The position numbers and the translations under genes were made by a program. Under the pieces are notes generated by a model. It was not told the DNA's origin, searched no databases, and saw only the letters and a program-made list of their open reading frames with translations. Shown here piece after piece: positions 1-11,063 of a DNA stretch of 33,227 bases. The first letter of the stretch is position 1. Each line of letters starts with the position of its first letter. Source of the stretch: Catajapyx aquilonaris (Eukaryota). The stretch spans positions 1 to 33,227 of the forward strand of contig JYFJ02004295.1 of NCBI GenBank assembly GCA_000934665.2. Direction: 5' to 3'.

Positions 1-576
1 CTTTCCCTGATCGTCGTTTCTGTGGCGGTTCTCACTATTGTTTTGGGATCAATTCAAACGCAGGTACAGTGTAACATTTTTGCTGCACTCTCATTTTCCT
101 CTTTGCCAATATAAATTAGTTTGTGGCTATCTTAATATCGCTTAATGTTTGGACATTTCCAGAGCACCAGTTCCCTGGACAACCTCATGAACGCAAATCG
201 TCGGGTGGTCAATCCGAGCATAAAGGCAGACGTAAGTGTCCAGTGCAGTTCACTTCTCATCGTGTACGTAATAATGTAGAAATTACTTGTACTTTCGCTT
301 CATTATTCAGATGGATTCTCTGATCCAGAAGATGACTGGTTCTCCCATGGGAATAACTGCGGCCAGTTACTTCACTGTTAATCGAAGTCTCTTGACGTCG
401 GTAAGTTGTGCTGCTAATTACTTAATCAAGATTAATGCACTGACATTTGATTACCTCTTCAGATCGCCGGATCTGTGGCCACATATCTCATTGTTCTGGC
501 CCAGTTCAAAGGAGCTGAAGACGCGGAGGCTTCTTCCGTGGCATGTCCACCAAAAATTATTACAAGTGGACACTGA
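1..576 (+). CDS. Gustatory receptor, type A (A1), 5'-partial. Exons <1-63, 163-231, 311-400, 463-576
   Basis: GT-AG phase-0 introns. Spliced product ends STSSLDNLMNANRRVVNPSIKAD / MDSLIQKMTGSPMGITAASYFTVNRSLLTS / IAGSVATYLIVLAQFKGAE...SGH*. TYLIVLAQF is the GR TM7 motif. Near-identical to the A3 3' end. Confidence 0.88.
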
Positions 577-1473
577 GGCTGTACAGTCCGTTTAACGTAA
601 CTTATACAGCTTCTGATCATTTTAAAATCTGTAATGTGTACCAGTATGTAATCTACATCAGATAATTATGTCATCACTTTCCATGAAACCAATCTATTGC
701 AATCAAGTGCAGCAGAAGTCCAATCGATGGCAGTGAATAATGACTGTAACTCTTTACTGGTGTTATTTATGGTCTGTCCAGGCCAAGATATCAATGGTTG
801 TCTGGCCATGTCCAAGGGCACTTATTGAAAGAGTAAGTTTGCGTCGAAATAATTAATACGTATAGCACACAACATTTAGTCACTGGCATTTTGTTAATTT
901 TAAGATCGTTTGCAAATGTTTCCGATACGGTAGTTATGTCATTGTTTTGTTTCATTGCAATTTTCACCATGTAAACTTCGCTAGCCTTCTGTTTCTGGGA
1001 TCCATACCACGAATGGTAAGTGTTGAAGCGATCATGTAACTAGTGCTTTTGTTTGCACACATACTGGTCATTCTATACATCTGATGGGATTCGACTTTGT
1101 AACTTTACAAAATAACAGCCTACTGTTCTTCATCCACATATACTTGATATGCGTGAAACTGGCCCTGTGTAGTACTTTTTATTACCTCATCTGAAGTAGC
1201 CAGTCATTCAACCGGCCATTGAAGGGAGGGTTGCCAGTCCCTTCTCTTCATCATTTCTTGTCAAAGTGTCACGAGGGCATACAAGCAGCGGAGCAAAATT
1301 GAAACTCTTTTGCTGGAAATTGACTTCAGCCGCTTTGCTCTGCAATGAACGCAGTAAGGCTGTTAATGAAGAGAGCTTTCTCGATACATCCATCTAAAAC
1401 GTCCACAATTTAATGGGTTTTATTGGACCTTGAAGTCATCCTGCTGATGTATGACTGGTTAACAGTCCATTAA

Positions 1474-1630
1474 CTCACCTTCACATGACCCAAAACACTT
1501 ACTCCTATAGAGACACATGGCATTATTCACAGCCATCGACTCTCATTACGATTCTTCTGTCACTGTTTTCTGATGTTATGTATATGGGTTCCCAGGGCAA
1601 TATGTCAATGGTTGTTTGGCCATGTTCACT
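1474..1630 (-). promoter_or_regulatory. Degenerate inverted copy of the shared ~200-bp module
   Basis: gacacatggcattattcacagccatcgactctc...gatgttatgtatatggg matches the reverse complement of the module at 8575-8781. Shorter inverted fragments lie at ~757-812 and ~18613-18672. Confidence 0.55.
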
Positions 1631-1664
1631 CTCACTATAGCCAGTTTGCTTCGAAATAACCGAG

Positions 1665-1915
1665 GGGCAGCCCTATTAGACGACCTCATCAATGCAAATC
1701 GTCGCATGGTCAATCCGAGAATCGACACAGACGTAAGTGTACAAGTTGTTCTCTTCACTTGTTAGAGTACCGGTATACGAGCCTATAATATAAAATATTA
1801 ATCTGATGTGCATATCATCCTCCAACTCGATTCTTTGATCCATAAAATGACTGGTTCTTCCATGGAGATAACTGCGGCCAATTATTTCATGGTTAATCGA
1901 AGCATTTTGAGGTCG
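1665..1915 (+). pseudogene. GR type A relic (exon 2 and exon 3 remnants only)
   Basis: LLDDLINANRRMVNPRIDTD|gtaagt ends at 1732. LDSLIHKMTGSSMEITAANYFMVNRSILRS lies at 1826-1915 with its acceptor mutated to caa. No exon 1 or exon 4. Confidence 0.8.
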
Positions 1916-2348
1916 GTCCATACTTCATCAGTGGCATAACTAAAATTTTCTGGCGCCATTCATTCGGCATGAAAAGACCATAATTGTTGGGAAAATGTCG
2001 CTATAGATCAACACTGGAGGGATGAAAAGAATGCATTATGGGAAATAATAGAGGAGAAAAGTGGGGTCATTTCGGAGCTGCTTACCACAGGTCGAGAGGA
2101 AGTGGACACAATTTTAATTTTTGGGGAGTGTGACTGTCAATGTTCCAGTCATGTACATCCAGGCGATTGATTGCGACTAATATTATTAAATAATATTGAA
2201 ATATGAAGTGGTGGTTTATGGGCGTTAAGAATATTGATTTCCCAATGATGTATGCTACTGCAATCTTATTTGCCTCAGTGAAAAAGGAAGTAATTAGACA
2301 TACTAATTAAGCCTTTTTTCTTGTTCTGAAGCCTCGACTTCTGAAGAA

Positions 2349-3734
2349 ATGATTCCCAGGCGTTCTACTGTGGTTCAAGTGGAAGAAGCAAAATCTGAAG
2401 GGAAAACAGAAGAGGAAGACACGTTTTGGACAGCGTTCAGACCATTGGCAATCTTGGCCACCTTTGGAGGAATCGCTCTTTGTCTTTGGCCCAGGAAAGA
2501 TGCAAATTGGAAGTGGCATCACAGGTGGCCCGCAATGGCCCACTTCATTCTGCTGGCTGCATATGCCGCAAAAGTGACTTGGAAGCCATTCCCGTTTTGG
2601 GACAGGAGCAATCACACGAGCACAACAAGTTGGGTGACAAGCCTGACTCTTTTCTCAGCAGCTGTTGGTGCCCCATGGCTTCACTTCATGTTCTGCCAAA
2701 CAAGAGTCACTCAAATTTCTAAATGAACTCACCGTTTTTCGGCACTGAACTTGTGTCGCCACAAGAGTAAACTTTGTACATATTCCGCACTTCTAGTGTC
2801 TGCTTGCTTCTTGCTGCCGTTAGCTGAACAAACATACCAGATCTTAGCCAATCTTCAGAGTGGACAACTGTTTCAATTTTACAACATGTTTGACATGATC
2901 ATTGTGTGGCACTCTCTCTTTCTGCTTCTCTTGATCCCCGTGCAAGTGACTTTTTTGGCTACAGTCATTCGATTGAAGCTAGATGATTTCAACGAGGAAG
3001 TAATCCATGTCTGCACTGCTGGGCATAGTAATGGCCCTTGTGATGACGAATTGATCAAGAAATTGAAGTCTGCCAGCGACCTTTTCTACGACCTTTGCCT
3101 GATAGTGGACGACATGGGCAGCACTTACGGGGCATCCATCGTGGCCACCTATCTCATATATGTCGTGTGGATCACAGGCCATGTGTTTCACTTGATTGTT
3201 GTTACCTACCCAAGTCTAAGCACCCCAATCGTTTTAATATTCGTCACTGCAGTGCTCGTGTCATCAGTCATTACCTTCACTATCATCTTGGGATCTACAC
3301 CTCAGCAGGTATTGTATCTTCTACTGAATGGGCATTAATGTGATGGTAATTACTCTTTTCATGTTTCCAGAGCACAAGGGCATTGCCTCATCTAATCCAC
3401 TCTTGTCCTCTGGCCACCAATCCAAGCATCAAGGCGCACGTGAGTTACTGTTCACTCTTCCCTCATTCAATCTGCATTTGCTGAAGTGTACAACCGTGTG
3501 TTTCAGATGGAAGTTCTGGTTCAGAAGCTGACCGGTCCTCCCATCGAGATATCCGCAGCCAATTACTTTTTTGTCAACCGGGGCCTATTGACAGCCGTAA
3601 GTCTACAGAGCTGATTGACACTCAGGTCTGGCTAGTTACTTTCTATGTGTCATTCACAGTTAGCTGGAGCAGTGACCACATATGTAATAGTCCTGGCGCA
3701 GTTCAAGGGAGCTGAAGCAACAGATCACACCTAA
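2349..3734 (+). pseudogene. Gustatory receptor, type B (B1), single nonsense codon. Exons 2349-3308, 3371-3439, 3507-3596, 3660-3734
   Basis: Collinear with B3, but TGA at 2724-2726 replaces TTA (Leu) of B2/B3. Splice sites and the TYVIVLAQF motif are intact. Confidence 0.88.
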
Positions 3735-3969
3735 TGACATGTACAGTACTGTACACTAGTGGCGGTGAGGTGGTAAACGCATGTGGCTAACAAGTTTCCC
3801 CCCTAAGTGGGTTATTGTTGAGGGGAGTAGAGAGAGGAATATGCATGTTGTGCGAGATGGGCTAATTTTTTGGAAGCTTAGACATGCGGCATTAAAATTT
3901 TCGTGCACGAATATTACATTACAATGGTGTGTATCAACTCACTGTTTCAATTGGTGACTTATTGTATGA

Positions 3970-4325
3970 ACAATGCCCAAGCTGCCATCGGAATTGTGGC
4001 CTGGACAGCATAATACTGAAAAGCCCAAAGAGTTAGGGTGCGTTTACATGTGAGGCATATGATCGCGTGATGTCATGGCCGAGCGATGAATCCAATTGTT
4101 TGGGGCGAAAATAGATTGTTACCGTGATCGTTACTTTTGCCCCAAACAATTCGTTTCATTGCTCGGCGATGATATCGCTCACATGTAAAGGCACCTTGAC
4201 AGTCACGAGAAGCGTCTATGGCGGTGATCAATGCCATTGTGACGAGAGTGTTTTGTCAGGGTGGAGACTATTCAGGACATATTCAGGGAGCGGCCTCTCT
4301 TCACCAATAAATCTATAACCAGGAT
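3970..4325 (+). promoter_or_regulatory. Shared module copy (orphan), interrupted by a MITE
   Basis: atggcggtgatcaatgccattgtg, ggtggagac...ctcttcaccaataaatc. Confidence 0.6.
4036..4196. mobile_element. MITE, PIF/Harbinger (Tourist)-like
   Basis: TIR gggtgcgtttacatgtgag / ctcacatgtaaaggcacct, with inner arms also complementary. Flanked by TTA and TGA. The paralogous site near 12136-12155 (cccaaagagtgacagtcac) is empty. Confidence 0.8.
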
Positions 4326-5461
4326 ATATATTTTTATGATCTTCCTACGCCTTTACGGTATAGTACATCCAAACTGATTCAATGGTGAAAAATGTCGGGG
4401 ATTAGTTTTATATTCTGAGCAGAGAAGGTTGAACACGACTTGCTGAATCGTCTTGTAGATGCCAACTGTTGTATATATATATCGTCACTGTCCTTGAATA
4501 TTGTAAGAAGCAATGTATTAAAATGCCTCAAAAACATGACTCATCCGTTTAATATTATTTATTGGGTTCATTTTTGATACATTGATTGAAGCAAAAGAAG
4601 CAAAATATTCGTCTTCCGCATACAGGGAGAAGAAACCACAGCAGATATCTTGTCACCACAATGATGGTGCGTACATTGTACCAACTGATGGGAAGTAGCT
4701 CAACATTCATCCGAATGAAGGCGGACTTTATCTCACCACTTGGCAATGTATTCATGAATGGCTACATTTCTACATCATCTTCCCAAAAACAATCCCGAGA
4801 GTAGTGAGTAAAACAGTGCACATGTGCCAATGTGTTTAGCATCGTGTGAGCGATGTTGGGTCTCGGTATAAACAATATAGTATTTAACAGTAATCGGTTT
4901 GGTCGTCGCCACCAGATATGTGTATCATTAATCTATAATGGGCTTGCTTGCAGTGTCATTAAACTACCATTGGGTGCAACCTTGATTTTGGTTGATGATT
5001 ATAATAATTAGAATGTGATGATTAAGAATGATTGCGAACCATTTGATGGTGATTGTGTTCCAGGCTGGTGACCAGTGTAGAAGAATATTGAAATATGATG
5101 CAAGATAGTGCAGGCGGTGCAACAGTCATTCCGCTCCCTTGAACTGCGCCAGGACTATGACGTATGTGGTCACTGCTGCAGCCAACTGTGAAGGAGACGT
5201 GAAGAGTGATTAGTTACACTTCCATCTAATACATATTTCAAGACCTATATCTGTCTGTCTTTCTTTTGTCACCTAAACAGATCCATACGGAGGCCTCCAC
5301 ATATGCCCCAGGGGTATCACCAGGGGTAGTTTTTTACCGGGAAGGTTCTTAGCGCATTGGAATTGACCTCCGAGGTCATCCTTGGTCACAGGAGGCGAAA
5401 ATCACTTTGGATGTTGGCCCCCTGTGTTCTAATAATGCTGTTTAGTTGCCCGGGAAACCAT

Positions 5462-5555
5462 ATTCCTTCCCTCCTCTCTCTCTCTCCCTCTCTCTCTCTC
5501 TCTCCCTCCCCTTCCCTCCTCCTCCTCCCCCCCACCTGCCACCTCCTCCTCCAGC
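5462..5555. repeat. (CT)n / (CCT)n polypyrimidine microsatellite inside the Helitron
   Basis: ctctctctctctccctctctctctctctccc...cctcctcctcctccccc. Confidence 0.9.
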
Positions 5556-6484
5556 CCCTCAGTGTCATTACATCTCTACGTGGTGGCTGTACTTTGGTCA
5601 GTGTTCTTGCACTCACATTGGTTGCATACTTTATTGTTCCAATTTAGAATTTATTATTACACACTGTTGCCTTGGTTACGAGACTACTGGTGTAATTGGG
5701 TGATGATCACGTTTTGTTCATAATATTCAAAGAGTTCCATATCTTGCTATGCTGGTATCTTATTCCATGTTTATCCTAGGCACGGTCCAGCTACGGCCTC
5801 GGGGCAGGCCCAGGGTTCGAGCTGGTGGTATACAAATGCGCTGCATGTCAGAGTAGCGGTTTTGGGTTGTTTCTTCAGGCAGCCTGTCGGGATTTTCTTG
5901 GCGTACTTTTCCTGCCATATCTTTCCCCTCTACGTACTGTGTCATGTGCTTTTTGTCGGAATTCTCCTGTTCCGAACTGTGTTAACTGTTAAGTTGTGTG
6001 ACATGTAGTTTTCAATCGTTTTGCTTTTATTTGTTTTTTTCCCCTTTGTAAAATTTGGACCTCCACATTCTCAATGTATATGCAAAAGTCGTTATGGGAT
6101 GTGGTTTAACGTGTTTAAGGTGTGGTATAAAGGTATAAGGTGTGGCATAATGTGGTCTACGTAGGTTTGTGTCATGCAGTTTTCAATCTTTTTTGCATTT
6201 GTTTGTTTTTTCACTTTCTAACGTTTGGACCTCCTCCACATTCTCAACACCCCACCGACATCACAGCATTGGCAGAAGCACATTGGATACACACAGAGTT
6301 CGGCTAAGGGTGAGGGACCAAGAGACTGAGGAAGAACACCAAGCATGTCTCCACTCTATGAGAAACAGCGGCCATCAGTCGGAGATTAGCTCCATTTTCA
6401 TCAACCCACCTCCTACATGCCGCTTTCCACTACTCAGCAGACATTGACAATAATTCTTCTGCCGGTGTTGTTGCAATTGGATCT

Positions 6485-7130
6485 ATGTCAGAGGTATGCC
6501 ACCATTGTCAGGCAAAGAAGTGGAAGAGGGAAACAAACCCGATCTGTTGCTCCATTGGAAAGGTTAGCCTTCCTCTACTGGCTGAGCCTCCACAGCTAGG
6601 CTACTTAAAATGCTCCTCTTATAGGCACATCACCCGATTCAAAACATTTCCTGAAGACCATCAGAAATTACAATTCGGCCTTCCAGATTACATCTTTTGG
6701 GGCCAACGTTGTTAGAGAAGGGGGCTTCATGCCTACATTCAAAGTGCAAGGGCAAATTTATCATCGCATGGGATCACTCCTTCCTTCAGAAAACCAGAGT
6801 CCGCGGTCTCTGCAGCTTTACTTCGTGGGGAACATGCAACAGCAGGCGGAATACCGTTGCACCTACTTAAACGGCACATGCCTCGACATCATACTGCAAC
6901 TTCAGGAGATGATCCCTTCCACACATGTCAAGAGCTTCAAACTAGCACTTGAGAGTCCTCCTCCTCTGGAATTTGACTTGGTCATCGATGCAGACAAGCG
7001 ACTACAAGGTGATCATCGTGGTCGATTCAATCAACCTTCTTGCAATGAGATTGCTGTCATCATGAGTGGTCAGGAGCATGGTAATAAGAGGGATATTGTG
7101 TTGAAGCTTCGAGACAACACGCTTCATCTA
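6485..7130 (+). pseudogene. Helitron Rep/helicase N-terminal fragment, frameshifted
   Basis: CxxCxAxKWxxExxxxCCxxGKVxLP, YNSAFQITSFG, FKVQGQIYHRMGSLLP, LQLYF, NEIAVIM and RDIVL are typical Helitron RepHel N-terminal motifs. No HUH or Pif1 motifs remain. Confidence 0.85.
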
Positions 7131-8574
7131 TGCAATTATGAACGTAATTGGCCATACCAATTATTGCATGTGCATCAAGTCCAGAAAAAACACAATGGAT
7201 GTCAGATTGTAAGCTCTGCCATGCTGGAGCTTCTACATTCTACATTTACTTCTACATTTATTGCACAACCTTCAATTTTTCATGACATACTTTTGCTGGA
7301 TTTTGGAGGTGTATTGTGTATTTTCTTACAATCCGACATCCTTAGTGTGTTGTTTGGACTTCATGCACATGCAATATGCTCCATGTCACTGGTATGCCAA
7401 CATTGTATAGCCATAATTATTGCAAATCAATGAGTCACTCCTATGGAAAAGTATTTCATAACCCGAGCAACGCCGGGTATCCTGCTAGTAATATATTATA
7501 GCAAATGAGCTCTGTAGACTTACTGCTGTCAATAGGCCCCGGTTGACAGGAAAGTATTGTCTGCGGATATCTCGATGGGAGGACCGGTCAGCTTTTGTAT
7601 GAATACTTCCATCTGAAACATACAGGTGGCCATGATGGATGCTCCGTAAGTGCTGCCCATGTCATCCACAATCAGGCAAAGGTCGTACAACAGGTCGCTG
7701 GCAGACATTAGCTACTCGACCAGCTTGTTACCAGTGGGTCCATTTCGTTGTGTACTGCAGACATGTATTACTTCCTCATTGAAATCTTCCAGCTTCAATG
7801 CGATGACTGTGGCCAAAAAAGTCACTTGCACAGGGATCAAGTGAAGCAGAAAGAGAGAGTGCCACACAATGAATGTGTCAAACATGTTGTAAGATTGAAA
7901 CAGTTGTCCGCGTCGAAGATAGGCAAAGATCATATATGAGAGGTCAGCTAACGGCAACAGAAAGCAAGCTGACACTAGAAGTGCGGAATATTTTCGCAGT
8001 TTCCTCTCGTGGCGACGGATGTTTAGTGTAGAAAAACGTGGATTAGTTTCGAAATTTGAGTAACTCTTGTTTGGCAGAAAATGAAGTGAAGCCATGAACC
8101 ACCCTCTGCTATTCCATCAAGAGTTAATGTTGTGACCCAACTTTTTGTGCTCGTGTGACTGCTCCTGTACCAATACGGGTATGGCATCCATGTCACTTTT
8201 GTGACATATGCAACCAAAAGAGTGAAGTGCACCATTGCAGGCCACCGTTGATACCACTTCCAATTTGCATCTTTCCTGGGCCAAGGACAAGGAGCGATTC
8301 CTCCAAATATGACCAAGATGGACAGTGGTTTGAATGTGGTCCAAACGCGTCTCTCTTGCCCAATGGCCATCACTTTCTTCTGGTTCCTTCTTCTCTTCCA
8401 CATGAAACACTGCTGATGTTCGATGTAATGTGAGGAAGGCACAATTTGATCTGTTATTTTTTCTGAAACAAGTGGACAATACTCTGAACCTCGCTGGACC
8501 TCCACCAGGGCAGCCACGTGTACAATCACCACCGAACACGACCTAAACAGCCTTGGCCTTTGCTGGCGACTCGT

Positions 8575-8781
8575 CTGAGCATGCCCAAACTGTCTTAGAA
8601 ATTGTGCCCTTGAGAGCCCATTAATATAACATCCGAGAAGCGAAAGGGTGACACTGAAAAGAAGAGTCGATGGCGGTGATCAATGCCATTGTGTCCAGAA
8701 GGGAGTGTTGGGTCAGGGTGGAGACAGGTCAGGTCAAGGTCAGGGAGCGGCCTCTCCACCAATAAATCCATAACCAGGCTC
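8575..8781 (+). promoter_or_regulatory. Shared ~200-bp module (reference copy), upstream of C1
   Basis: cgatggc-ggtgatcaat-gccattg; ggtggaga...aggtcaggtcaaggtca...tctccacc; aataaa. Function is inferred from position. Confidence 0.6.
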
Positions 8782-9700
8782 TAGGGTACATCCAAACCTA
8801 TTCATTATTGTGGACAATGGTGCTCGTAAAGCTGCGTAGAAAACCACATAAGCGCAGACAGTGTAACCTGCCAGTTTCACCATTGCAGCGGAGTGACACG
8901 GACTGCTAAGAGGAAAGGTTCCAAATCACGGTTTAAGTTCATTGCATAAGGTGCAGTTATTATTACTGTCCAAAGAAAGTGTGTAACCCTTTATCCAGTA
9001 GTTCTTCGAATTATTCCTCAAGTTTATTAACAGTCTGGTCACGGCGAGAGGAAGTTGGCAGTCAAAATAACATAGCATTTTCAGCACTCTGATCGCCAGC
9101 GGTCTCCTCCCCGTTTCCAGTCTGAGAACGTATCCAGCAGTATTTCACGGAAGTGAAAGATATGTTTTTATGTAATATGTTTGTACCATCTCCAATCCCG
9201 CGCAATGAGACAATCCCCAAATGTGAGCATTATGTAAGGAAATAGGCACCATCTTAGATTCAAATATTCTGAAGGCAGTATTTAAATTTCTCGATTTAGC
9301 AGCAACTAAAGATTTTTTGAACCTGATTTTAGTAAATCGTTAGGGATGATTTCGAACAATTTGAAGCACCATACAGTAACATGAAAAAATAGTCACAATA
9401 ATTGCCTTGAGTTGTGCGCAGGCCTGCCACAGGCCGTGTGAGGAAGTGAGGAAGTTGACGTAATTTTAATTTTTGGTGAGTGTGACTGTCAATGTTCCAG
9501 CCATTTACATCCAGGCGAGTGGTTGCGGCTAATTATAAAATAATATTGAAATATGAAGTGGTGGTTTACGGGCGTTAAGAATATGGATTTCCCAATGATG
9601 TATGCTAGTGCAATCTTATTTGCTTCAGTGAAAAAAGGAAGTAATTAGACATACTAATTAAGCCCTTTTTTCTTGTTCTGAAGCCTCGACTTCTGAAGCA

Positions 9701-11063
9701 ATGGTTCCCAGGCGTTCTACTGCTATTCAAGTGGAAGAAGCAAAATCTGAAGGGAAAACAGAAGAGGAAGANCCACTGTCCATCTTGGCCACCTTTGGAG
9801 GAATCGCTCCTTGTCCTTGGCCCAGGAAAGATGCAAATTGGAAGTGGCATCACAGGTGGCCTGCAATGGCCCACTTCATTCTGCTGGCTGCATATGCCGC
9901 AAAAGTGACTTGGATGCCATTCCCGTTTTGGTACAGGAGCAGTTACACGAGCACAACAAGTTGGCTGACAAGCATGACTATTTTCTCAGCATCTGTTGGT
10001 GCTCCATGGCTTCACTTCATGTTCTGCCAAACAAGAGCTACTCAAATTTCGAAATTAAATCACCGTTTTTCGGAACTGAACATGCGTCGCCACAAGAGTA
10101 AACTTCGTACATATTCCGCACTTCTAGTGTCTGCTTGCTTCTTGCTGCCGTTAGCTGAACAAACATACCAGATCTTTGCATATCTTCAGAGTGGACAACT
10201 GTTTCAATTTGACAACATGTTTGACATGATCATTGTGTGGCACTCTCTTTTTCTGCTTAACTTGATCCCACTGCAAGTGACTTTTTTGGCTACAGTCATT
10301 CGATTGAAGCTAGATGATTTCAATGAGGAAGTAATACATGTCTGCACTGCTGGGAATAGTAACGGCCCCTGTGATGACGAATTGATCAAATTGAAGTCTG
10401 CCAGCGACCTGTTGTACGACCTTTGCCTGATTGTGGATGACATGGGCAGCACTTACGGGGCATCCATCGTGGCCACCTATCTCATATATGTCGTGTGGAT
10501 CACAGGCCATGTGTTTCACTTGATTGTTGTTACCTACCCAAGTCTAAGCAACCCAATCGTTTTAATATTCGTCACTGCAGTGCTCGTGTCATCAGTCATT
10601 ACCTTCACTATCATCTTGGGATCTACACCTCAGCAGGTATTGCATCTTCTACTGAATGTCCATTAATGTGATGGTAGTATTACTCTTTTCACGTTTCCAG
10701 AGCACAAGGGCATTGCCTCATCTAATCCACTCTTGTCCTCTGGCCACCAATCCAAGCATCAAGGCGCACGTGAGTTACTGTTCACTCTTCCCTCATTCAA
10801 TCTGCATTTTCTGAAATGTGCAACCGTGTGTTTCAGATGGAAGTTCTGGTTCAGAAGCTGACCGGTCCTCCCATCGAGATATCCGCAGCCAATTACTTTT
10901 TTGTCAACAGGGGCCTATTGACAGCCGTAAGTCTACAGAGCTGATTGACACGCATGTCTAACTAGTTACTTTTTTGTCTCATTCACAGTTAGCTGGAGCA
11001 GTGACCACATACGTCATTGTTCTGGCGCAGTTCAAGGGAGCAGAAGCGACAGATCACACCTAA
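9701..11063 (+). CDS. Gustatory receptor, type B (B2). Exons 9701-10636, 10701-10769, 10837-10926, 10989-11063
   Basis: Open frame, canonical splice sites, TYVIVLAQF. The N at 9772 stands where B3 has 22 nt, probably an assembly gap. Confidence 0.85.

Larger units (their letters stand above)
5225..7488 (+). mobile_element. Helitron (internally deleted) in intron 3 of C1
   Basis: 5' TC, 3' CTAG, subterminal hairpin acccg-agcaacgc-cgggt (7461-7478), inserted between A and T with no TSD. Empty site cttcca|taatatattatagc in C3 (26469/26470). Carries RepHel N-terminal remnants. Confidence 0.92.
5126..8460 (-). pseudogene. Gustatory receptor, type C (C1) pseudogene. Exon 1 ~8460-7626 (3'-truncated), exon 3 7612-7524, exon 4 5185-5126
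   Basis: Start ATG changed to ATA, frameshifts near 8360 and 8040, TAG at 7712-7714, a deletion removing the exon 1 end and exon 2, an 89-nt frameshifted exon 3, and a Helitron in intron 3. Exon 4 reads LAAAVTTYVIVLAQFKGAE*. Confidence 0.88.

Noticed and set aside
2307..2722. Recurrent antisense and alternate-frame ORFs over GR exon 1
   Set aside because: Shadows of the duplicated GR coding sequence, with inconsistent starts and stops between copies.
5357..5703. Pro-rich, Leu/Ser-rich and Arg/Glu-rich ORFs
   Set aside because: Artefacts of the CT/CCT microsatellite.
8645..8770. Module as a hammerhead ribozyme, H/ACA snoRNA or CRISPR-like repeat
   Set aside because: No CUGANGA/GAAA core, no ANANNA hinge or terminal ACA, and no regular repeat-spacer period. 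The context is eukaryotic.
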